Source: Candidatus Portnoybacteria bacterium RBG_13_40_8
Lineage (GTDB): Bacteria; Patescibacteriota; Minisyncoccia; RBG-13-40-8-A
Assembly: GCA_001819435.1 (NCBI GenBank)
Contig: MHMT01000006.1
Coordinates: 1 to 25,438 of the forward strand
Reading direction: 5' to 3'
DNA: 25,438 bases
Within the stretch, counting starts at the first letter, position 1. Each line of letters starts with the position of its first letter. Of this stretch, positions 18,516 through 25,056 are shown piece after piece. A model generated the notes under the pieces. That model did not search any database. It saw only the letters and a list, made by a program, of their open reading frames with translations, and was not told where the DNA came from. Position numbers and translations under genes: made by a program.

Positions 18516-18590
18516 TGGTAGCGCTACCGGGAATCGAACCCGGATTGACAGATTGAAAATCTGTTGTCCTGACCATTAGACGATAGCGCC
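18516..18590 (-). tRNA. tRNA-Glu (anticodon UUC), CCA encoded
   Basis: Cloverleaf on the reverse strand: acceptor GGCGCUA/UAGCGCU, D arm GUCU-AAUGGUCA-GGAC, anticodon arm ACAGA-UUUUCAA-UCUGU, T arm CCGGG-UUCGAUU-CCCGG, then ACCA. Confidence 0.8.
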
Positions 18591-18600
18591 ATATTTATTA

Positions 18601-18630
18601 AATATACCAAAAACATTGAAAAATATCAAT
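18601..18630 (-). promoter_or_regulatory. Sigma70-like promoter for the tRNA-Glu/tsaD operon
   Basis: TTGATA-N17-TGgTATATT on the reverse strand, ending about 10 nt before the tRNA 5' end. Confidence 0.5.
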
Positions 18631-18650
18631 AAAAGAGTTAAAATTGGAAT

Positions 18651-18700
18651 GTTGCGAAACGTAAGAAATTTTAATATAAAATTTAAACGTTTCTGCAACG
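18651..18700 (+). promoter_or_regulatory. Candidate promoter for the + strand tRNAs, embedded in an 11-bp inverted repeat
   Basis: TTGCGA-N17-TATAAA. The arms gttgcgaaacg (18651-18661) and cgtttctgcaac (18688-18699) are separated by a 26-nt AT-rich spacer. Confidence 0.35.
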
Positions 18701-18728
18701 TTTAAATTGTAAGGCAATTTATTACGTT

Positions 18729-18799
18729 GCGGGATTAGTATAGTGGTAATACGTTTCCTTCCCAAGGAAGAGCCGCCAGTTCGATTCTGGTATCCCGCT
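18729..18799 (+). tRNA. tRNA-Gly (anticodon CCC)
   Basis: GCGGGAT acceptor, D arm GTAT-AGTGGTA-ATAC, anticodon arm TTTCC-TTCCCAA-GGAAG, T arm GCCAG-TTCGATT-CTGGT, ATCCCGC-T. CCA not encoded. Confidence 0.85.
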
Positions 18800-18802
18800 T
18801 AT

Positions 18803-18874
18803 GCCGAGGTAGCTCAGTGGTAGAGCAATGCTTTCGTAAAGCATGGGTCGTGAGTTCAAGTCTCACCCTCGGCT
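18803..18874 (+). tRNA. tRNA-Thr (anticodon CGU)
   Basis: GCCGAGG acceptor, D arm GCTC-AGTGGTA-GAGC, anticodon arm ATGCT-TTCGTAA-AGCAT, T arm GTGAG-TTCAAGT-CTCAC, CCTCGGC-T. Confidence 0.85.
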
Positions 18875-18885
18875 TTTTCTTTAAC

Positions 18886-18922
18886 TTGTTTTTGTAATTT
18901 TTTTAAGGTATCATAAAAGAAC
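18886..18922 (+). promoter_or_regulatory. Promoter TTGTTT-N17-TATCAT giving a leaderless or near-leaderless prfB mRNA
   Basis: -10 at 18909-18914. The ATG at 18923 is about 8 nt downstream of the -10. No SD. Confidence 0.4.
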
Positions 18923-20018
18923 ATGGAAATACGCGAAAAAATCGACGAGTTAAAAAATAAAACCCGCCAAGTTGCGGACTGTCTTTGACTTGGGCGAAAA
19001 GAAGAAAAAAATAGAACAATTAGAGGTTTTAACCCAAGAAAATGATTTTTGGAAAGACACCAAACGAGCGGGAGAAATTAGCGAGGAATTAGCTGAATTA
19101 AAAGAAGAAATTAAATTTTGGGATAATATAGACAAAGAATTGAGCGGATTGACCGAGATAGTTGAGATGGGCAAAATGGATGATGGCTTAAAAAAGGAGA
19201 TAGAAGAAAAATTAAAAGACCTTGAAGAAAAATTTAAAAAAGAAGAATTCAAGGCTCTTTTTTCTGGTCGATACGATAAGAAAAATGCTATTCTTTCGAT
19301 ATATTCCGGTGCCGGTGGAACCGAAGCTCAAGATTGGGCAAATATGCTTTTAAGGATGTATTCCCGCTATGCCGAAAATCGTAATTTTAAAACCAAAATA
19401 TTGGATATCAACCACGGACAGGAAGCAGGGATTAAAAGCGCAACCATTGAGATAAGCGGTTCGCATGCCTACGGATATTTAAAAGGAGAGAATGGAGTTC
19501 ATCGCTTGGTTCGTCTTTCACCTTTCAATGCTGATAATTTGCGCCATACCTCTTTTGCTTTAGTTGAAATTTTGCCGGACATTAGCGAAGACACAGGAAT
19601 CCGCCAGCTGGCGGAGGAAATAAAGCCCGACGAATTAAAAATCGATACATTTCGTTCTTCTGGGCCGGGTGGTCAGAATGTGAATATGCGTTCAACCGCA
19701 GTTAGGATCAGTCATTTGCCGACAGGGATAGTTGTTTCTTGTCAAAGCGAAAGAAGTCAGGCTCAAAACAAAGAAAGAGCCTTAAAGCTGCTTTATACCA
19801 AGATTTATCAGAAAAAAATACAGGAAAAAGAAAAAGAAAAATCCGAATTACGTGGAGAGTTGCCGTCAGCCGAGTGGGGAAGTCAGATTCGTTCTTATGT
19901 TCTTCATCCTTATAAAATGGTCAAAGACCACAGGACAAACATAGAGACATCGGATACAGAAGATGTATTGGACGGAAACTTAGACAAGTTTATAGAAGCA
20001 GAAATAAAATTAAAATAA
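18923..20018 (+). CDS. prfB: Peptide chain release factor 2, expressed via programmed +1 ribosomal frameshift at CUU UGA C (18983-18989)
   Basis: Frame 0 runs ATG 18923 ... GAC TGT CTT TGA (MEIREKIDELKNKTRQVADCL*). The +1 frame continues DLGEKKKKIEQLEVLTQENDFWKD... with the RF2-specific SPF motif (RLSPFNADNLRHTSFA) and GGQ (SGPGGQNVN). The CUU-UGA-C shift site is identical to the canonical RF2 site. Confidence 0.9.
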
Positions 20019-20019
20019 C

Positions 20020-20700
20020 ATGATTGAATTTAAAAATGTTTCAAAATATTACCCCGGCGATTGCGCAGCCATAAAAGATGTGACTTTCAGTATTAGGCCC
20101 AAGGAATTTGTTTCTATTGTTGGTCGTTCCGGAGCCGGAAAGACCACTCTTTTAAGGTTGTTATTAAAAGAAGAACCGCCCAGCGAGGGGGAAATTTTGG
20201 TTGACGGCAGAAACGTGAAAAATATAAAATCAAAAGAGCTGCCTCTTTACCGGAGAAAAATTGGGACAATTTTCCAAGATTTTAAATTACTTCCGAATAA
20301 AACCGCTTATGAGAATATTGCTTTTGCCATGGAGGCAGCCGGCAGAGCAGAAGAAGATATATCTGAAGACGTGCCTCAAATTTTAAGTTTAGTTGAGTTA
20401 GTTGATAAAGCCGATAATTTTCCTTGTCAACTTTCGGGCGGAGAAAAACAAAGAGTGGCTATCGGTCGAGCCCTAATTCATAAACCGGATATTTTAATGG
20501 CCGATGAACCAAGTGGTAACCTTGACCCTCTTCATACTTGGGATATAATAAGATTGCTTTGCCGGATTAATGAATTGGGGACAACCGTGATTTTGGCTAC
20601 TCATGATAGAGAAATAATAAATGCCTTAAGCAAAAGAGTAATTAGTTTAGATCGCGGCCGAGTAATTCGAGACGAAGAAAACGGCCGCTATATCGTTTAA
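20020..20700 (+). CDS. ftsE: Cell-division ABC transporter ATP-binding protein FtsE
   Basis: Walker A GRSGAGKTT, ABC signature LSGGEKQRVAIGRAL, Walker B ILMADEPSGNLD. Followed by ftsX. Confidence 0.9.
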   Translation: MIEFKNVSKYYPGDCAAIKDVTFSIRPKEFVSIVGRSGAGKTTLLRLLLKEEPPSEGEILVDGRNVKNIKSKELPLYRRKIGTIFQDFKLLPNKTAYENIAFAMEAAGRAEEDISEDVPQILSLVELVDKADNFPCQLSGGEKQRVAIGRALIHKPDILMADEPSGNLDPLHTWDIIRLLCRINELGTTVILATHDREIINALSKRVISLDRGRVIRDEENGRYIV

Positions 20701-20702
20701 CT

Positions 20703-21611
20703 ATGTTCACGTCATTCAAGAGAATTATAAAATGGGGTTTGACTAATTTTTGGCGAAATGGCTGGCTTTCGACAGCCACGGTTAGTATTATGACTTTAAC
20801 TCTTTTAGTGATTACTGTTTTATTAATGCTGAACGTGGTAGCCAATGTGGTTTTAGCCAATCTTCAAAACAAGATTGATATAAGTGTTTATTTTAAGTTA
20901 GAGACCCATGAAGAGGAAATTTTGCAAGTAAAATCCCAGCTTGAGAGATTAGAAGAGGTTAAAGATGTTTCTTATGTTTCTCAAAATGAAGCCTTAATAA
21001 GGTTTAAAGAAAAACATCAAGACAATCCGGTATTGCTTCAGAGCTTGGAAGAATTAGAATTTAATCCTTTAGAGGCAAGTTTAAATATAAAAGCCCGTCA
21101 AGCAAACCAATATGCCAGCATTAACCAGTTTTTAGAAAGCGTTTATTATAAAGATCTGATTGACAAAGTTAACTATATGCAGAACAAAGATATAATCGAG
21201 AAATTGAATAAGATTGTAGTAGATGTTAAAACCGGCGGACTGGGATTGAGTGCATTGCTGGCGCTAATCGTATTTTTGGTTACATTCAATTCTATTCGTT
21301 TGGCGATTTACAGTTCGCGTGAGGAGATTAATGTAATGAAATTGGTCGGGGCAAGTAAGTGGTTTATCCGTGGTCCATTTTTCGTTGAAGGCGTTTTATA
21401 TGGTTTGGTTGCTACCATAGTGACAATTTTAATTTTATACCCTCTTTTCTATTTTCTTTCTCCAAAGATTTCGGGATTTTTACCCATTGGCGATGTTTTT
21501 TCCTATTTTAAAGTCAATTTACTGTCATTTTTTCTCTTGCTTTTGGGAATAGGCGTGATTTTGGGCGGTTTCAGTACCATGATTGCGGTGAGGAAGTATT
21601 TGAAGGAATAA
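20703..21611 (+). CDS. ftsX: Cell-division permease-like protein FtsX
   Basis: N-terminal TM, periplasmic domain, then three C-terminal TM helices. Immediately downstream of ftsE. Confidence 0.85.
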   Translation: MFTSFKRIIKWGLTNFWRNGWLSTATVSIMTLTLLVITVLLMLNVVANVVLANLQNKIDISVYFKLETHEEEILQVKSQLERLEEVKDVSYVSQNEALIRFKEKHQDNPVLLQSLEELEFNPLEASLNIKARQANQYASINQFLESVYYKDLIDKVNYMQNKDIIEKLNKIVVDVKTGGLGLSALLALIVFLVTFNSIRLAIYSSREEINVMKLVGASKWFIRGPFFVEGVLYGLVATIVTILILYPLFYFLSPKISGFLPIGDVFSYFKVNLLSFFLLLLGIGVILGGFSTMIAVRKYLKE

Positions 21612-21640
21612 ACCTTAAAATTTCTAATTATTCTAATTGA

Positions 21641-21676
21641 CCTAATTTCTAATTGATTTAATTAGGTTTTTATTTT
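21641..21676 (+). terminator. Intrinsic terminator after ftsX, embedded in three direct TTCTAATT repeats
   Basis: cctaatt ... aattagg stem followed by tttttatttt. TTCTAATT occurs at 21622, 21631 and 21647. Confidence 0.6.
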
Positions 21677-21746
21677 GCGGGGTAGTGTAACGGTAGCACG
21701 TTAGGCTCTGAACCTAAAAATTCTGGTCCGAATCCAGACCCCGCAG
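21676..21746 (+). tRNA. tRNA-Gln (anticodon CUG), U1-A72 first pair
   Basis: UGCGGGG acceptor paired with CCCCGCA, D arm GTGT-AACGGTA-GCAC, anticodon arm TTAGG-CTCTGAA-CCTAA, T arm TCTGG-TCCGAAT-CCAGA, discriminator G. No CCA encoded. Confidence 0.8.
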
Positions 21747-21933
21747 CACGAGTCAGCGCGTTATCGAGGCAGACCATTTAGCTTCAAAATTAGTTCTAGT
21801 CTCGAATCCGTTTAGTACTAGACCGAGACGGTTTTGAATATCGTTTCGGGCGCCAGACACATTTTTTACCGAGAAGACCGATTTGCTTCATTTTTACGAA
21901 CAAAATCAATTCAAGTCCTATCGGCCCGTGATA

Positions 21934-21962
21934 TTGACATAAGTTTAGGTATATGCTAAACT
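21934..21962 (+). promoter_or_regulatory. Sigma70-like promoter TTGACA-N17-TAAACT upstream of the GC-rich gene
   Basis: Consensus -35 hexamer at 21934-21939 and -10 at 21957-21962, in an AT-rich, host-like tract. Confidence 0.5.
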
Positions 21963-21990
21963 GATAATAGCAAAACTGTTATCAGTTTTT
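21959..21990 (+). promoter_or_regulatory. Perfect 9-bp palindrome or hairpin (aactgataa ... ttatcagtt) with a U run, overlapping the -10/TSS
   Basis: Direct reading. It could be an operator, attenuator or terminator. Confidence 0.4.
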
Positions 21991-22196
21991 GCGTAAAATC
22001 TAGAAGAAGGGAGGGGGCATAATTGTCCTCTTTTTGCGTATAAAATTTGTCCTTTGACAAATAAAAGAAATAAAATTAGGAGGTGAAAACTACTGGCAAG
22101 ATTATTGTTCCTGTTGTGTCTTTTCCAATGCCGCACTTTCTGAAAGGAAGGGCGGATCAAGTTTGGGAAAGATATTTTTAGCCAAAGGAGGCTACC

Positions 22197-24188
22197 ATGT
22201 TTTTAGGTTTATCCATTGGACAGATGATTCTGATTTTTATCGGAATCATCATTCTTTTCGGAGTCATCGCTCCGTCCATCCGGAACATCGGTCCCACCGA
22301 AGTCGGACTGGTCATGAGACGATTTGGGAAAAAGCTACCGGGTGAAAACCCCATCGCTTTTAAAAACGAAGCCGGTTACGAAGCCAAAATGCTTATGCCT
22401 GGATTTCGTTTCAAGCTCTGGTTACTCTACAACGTTACGAGGCACCCTTGGGTCCAAGTTCCTCCGGGTGAGATCGGAATCGCGATCGCTCAAATCGGCG
22501 AACAACTGCCCCAAGGCGCGAAGTCCGCGATATACAAGTCCGCGTTCGGCAACTTCGTCGATCTCGAGGCCTTCATCCGCAATGGCGGACAGAAAGGCAT
22601 CCAGCGCAAGGTGCTCGGTCCTGGAACGCTCGTGCCCATCCATCCCATCGGTTTCCTCGTCATCACGCGCCAACGCGTTTACGGCGCGCCCATCGACGCT
22701 CAGTTCAGAGGCAAGGGGCAGCTCACTTTTCAGAACTTCGGTCTTACCGAAGAACAGCTGAAGGTATTCGTGCTCAAGCCCGAACAGATCCAGGTTGGCG
22801 AACACAGCAAGACCGTGGTGCGCGATGTCATCGGCATCGTCACGGTTCTCGAAGGCAATCCGTTGCCTCCGGGCGACATCGCAAGCAGGCTTGGCGCTTT
22901 CGTCGACATCGCCGAGATGGAAAAGAAGACAGACACGCACGACATGGAACTCATCGAGCAACTACTCGGAAGCAAGAACAATCTACACAACAACTATCAG
23001 GACTTCCAAGCGTTCCTGGACAACGACGGCCGCATCGGTCTCCAGCACGACCCGTTGCTTTATGGTTCCTACACCTTGAACCCGTTTCTCATCAAGGTCG
23101 AAAGGGCACCCATGCTCGTCGTCGAACAGGGCGAAGTCGCGGTCATCAAGGCCTATGTCGGTCTGTCTTCCGAAGACACCAGCGGTACGGAATTCAAGTT
23201 CGGCAGTCTGGTACGGCCTGGCCATCGTGGCATCTGGCGCGAACCTCTCCGGACCGGCAAATATGCTATCAACCCCAACATCTACCAGTACGAGATCGTA
23301 CCGACAAGCATCCTCAATCTCAACTGGGCAGATGCGACCTCCACGGCACACAAGCTCGACGCCAACCTGAAGCAGATCGACGCAAAGAGCCGCGAAGGAT
23401 TCGTTTTTAAGATCGATCTACAGGTTCAGATCCATGTTCCCGACACCCAGGCGCCCAAGGTCATTTCGATGGTTGGCACCATGCTCAACCTCGTCAACGA
23501 AGTGCTGCAGGCCGCGGTCGGCAATCACTTCCGCGACAAACTGCAGAGCATGCCTGCTATCGTTTTCATCGAGACGCGTCAACAGGTCCAGGAAGAGGCC
23601 ATGAAGCACATCAGCGAAAAGCTCGCCGATTATCACGTCGAGACTCGCGGCGTCTACATCCAGGACGTTATTCTGCCCGAACAACTGGTCAAGGTTTTGA
23701 CCTCGCGTGAAATCGCGAACCAAGAGATCCAGACCTACCAGAAACAGCAAGAAGCCGAAGTGAAGAGAATCGACATGGAGAAGGCGAAGGGTATCGCCGA
23801 CAAGCAGGCCGAACTCGCCGGATCAGAAGTCGGCATCATTATCATGAAGAACAAGGCCGAAGCACGCAAGGTCGAAGGCGATGGCGAAGCGAGCTATCTC
23901 ACGAGCGTCGGCACCGCACGAGGCGTCGAAGTCCGGGCCGTCGGCATGGCGAACGCCGAAGCCTATCAAAAGCAAGTCGATGCTCTCGGAGCTGTGCCCA
24001 CGGCAATCGTCAATGCCATCAAGGCTCTCGCGGAAAAAGGCATCAAGATCATGCCCGATGTCCTCGTGGCCGGTGGTGGTGGATCGCTCGAAGGTTTGGC
24101 CGCGACTTTTATAAAAAAGTTCAGCCAGATCAGCCCGGAAAAACCGGCTTCGCAAGAGAAGGAAACTCTTTCGAAGAAAGTTCTTTAG
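22197..24188 (+). CDS. Flotillin/SPFH (band 7) family membrane protein, strongly GC-rich relative to the rest of the window
   Basis: Strong SD (AAAGGAGG) 7 nt upstream. N-terminal TM helix, SPFH-like region, a second SPFH-like segment (GSYTLNPFLIKVERAPMLVVEQGEVAVIKAYVG) and a C-terminal Ala/Glu/Lys-rich coiled-coil typical of flotillins (EAEVKRIDMEKAKGIADKQAELAG...AEAYQKQVDALG). Codon usage is G/C-ending, unlike all neighbours. Confidence 0.7.
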   Translation: MFLGLSIGQMILIFIGIIILFGVIAPSIRNIGPTEVGLVMRRFGKKLPGENPIAFKNEAGYEAKMLMPGFRFKLWLLYNVTRHPWVQVPPGEIGIAIAQIGEQLPQGAKSAIYKSAFGNFVDLEAFIRNGGQKGIQRKVLGPGTLVPIHPIGFLVITRQRVYGAPIDAQFRGKGQLTFQNFGLTEEQLKVFVLKPEQIQVGEHSKTVVRDVIGIVTVLEGNPLPPGDIASRLGAFVDIAEMEKKTDTHDMELIEQLLGSKNNLHNNYQDFQAFLDNDGRIGLQHDPLLYGSYTLNPFLIKVERAPMLVVEQGEVAVIKAYVGLSSEDTSGTEFKFGSLVRPGHRGIWREPLRTGKYAINPNIYQYEIVPTSILNLNWADATSTAHKLDANLKQIDAKSREGFVFKIDLQVQIHVPDTQAPKVISMVGTMLNLVNEVLQAAVGNHFRDKLQSMPAIVFIETRQQVQEEAMKHISEKLADYHVETRGVYIQDVILPEQLVKVLTSREIANQEIQTYQKQQEAEVKRIDMEKAKGIADKQAELAGSEVGIIIMKNKAEARKVEGDGEASYLTSVGTARGVEVRAVGMANAEAYQKQVDALGAVPTAIVNAIKALAEKGIKIMPDVLVAGGGGSLEGLAATFIKKFSQISPEKPASQEKETLSKKVL

Positions 24189-24221
24189 TTTAGCCTAAAG
24201 GAGGAGGCAAAAAAAATTAGC

Positions 24222-24258
24222 GGGGCGTGGATAAACAGAATCCACGCCCCATTTTTTT
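24222..24258. terminator. Strong bidirectional intrinsic terminator
   Basis: 11-bp stem ggggcgtggat / atccacgcccc with loop aaacaga. A8 lies upstream and T7 downstream. Confidence 0.8.
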
Positions 24259-24607
24259 ATTCTTGCAGAGTAACTTCTTTATTTTTAATAACTAATCTGC
24301 TTTTCATATTTGCCAAGAGTTCGCGTTTTTCAGTTATGCTTCCTTCTTTGAGAATATATTTAACGAACGTTCGGGTATTCAACATTTTTGTTTTTACTTT
24401 GGTGCTATTTATAGCTCCCATCATATTCTGAAATTTATTATATCGCGCAATCTCATCTTCCAATCTTACTTTTAATCCCAATTCGTTCATATCGATTTTT
24501 TCAATCATATCTAATAATTTGTTGATTAGCTCTTCTTCTCGTACAGCGCTGCTCTTTTTTCGGCACTCGAATGGATAATCTGGGATCAGTATTCCCAAAT
24601 GAATCAA
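24257..24607 (-). CDS. Hypothetical protein of 116 aa, no recognisable domain, no ATG start (TTG at 24607; first ATG is internal)
   Basis: ORF only, with host-like AT-rich composition. It could be a gene remnant. Confidence 0.35.
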   Translation of the reverse strand: MIHLGILIPDYPFECRKKSSAVREEELINKLLDMIEKIDMNELGLKVRLEDEIARYNKFQNMMGAINSTKVKTKMLNTRTFVKYILKEGSITEKRELLANMKSRLVIKNKEVTLQE

Positions 24608-24649
24608 AAATTGCTACAATAAGGCTGGTGAAATAACCGGCCTTATTTT

Positions 24650-25056
24650 TATGAAAAAAAAATTATCCAAATCTAAAATTTGTCATTAACAAAAAGAAGG
24701 AACTGGAAACATTCCTTAATTTTTATAATTGGTCCAAATGCCAAAAGAGCGATAGGGATCTGAATTGGGCGATTTATAAGCCGCATCCTGAATTACGAAA
24801 TACAAAAAATGAAAAATTATCAAAACAGAAATTATTAATTCAAAAATATATAGATTCTTTTTATAAGCAAAATTCGTCTGAAATTAAAAGAGGTGTTTTT
24901 AAAACTAAAAAACAGTGGGAAAGCATAAAAAAACAATTCTTTATTTCGACCCATATTTATGCAAAAGAATTATCCCGAAATAGTTTGTTGGAGAATTACT
25001 TCCAAATGCGACAGAAATTGCCCGTTTTGTTTCCGCCCGAATCGTCAAGACCTTAA
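24650..25056 (+). other. Long ORF (frame of 24661) with no start codon of its own; an ATG at 24650 is one frame off across an A10 tract
   Basis: ATG + A10 (24653-24662) gives MKKKIIQI*. With A11 the ATG reads through a 135-aa ORF (KKKNYPNLKFVINKKKELETFLNFYNWSKC...). This ORF overlaps the radical SAM start by 98 nt. Confidence 0.35.

Noticed and set aside
22100-22196. Possible SRP (4.5S) RNA: cugAAAGGAAGGGCGG resembles the helix-8 GGAAGGAAGCAGC motif.
   Set aside because: The 5' strand lacks the conserved AGG bulge nucleotides and the symmetric or asymmetric loop pattern. The region is better explained as the 5' UTR of the flotillin gene.
22324-24155. Many 60-180 aa ORFs on both strands inside the GC-rich gene.
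   Set aside because: They are typical stop-codon-poor artefacts of high-GC sequence and all sit inside or antisense to the long 663-aa ORF, which has a strong SD and a coherent domain architecture.
24189-24221. SD-like AAAGGAGGAGG immediately after the flotillin stop, as a possible downstream gene start.
   Set aside because: No ATG, GTG or TTG follows at a usable distance before the A run and terminator hairpin. No ORF follows on the + strand.
21747-24258. Looked for an integrase/recombinase, transposase or phage genes that would make the GC island a bona fide mobile element.
   Set aside because: No ORF with tyrosine or serine recombinase or DDE features is present. The 450-nt gap holds only tiny ORFs. 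The island is therefore reported as a compositional anomaly rather than annotated as a mobile_element.
24650-24960. Short ORFs MKKKIIQI, MPKER and MKNYQNRNY as candidate RiPP precursor peptides for the rSAM.
   Set aside because: They are too short, lack Cys/Ser/Thr-rich cores and have no SD. They are more likely fragments of the frame-shifted longer ORF.
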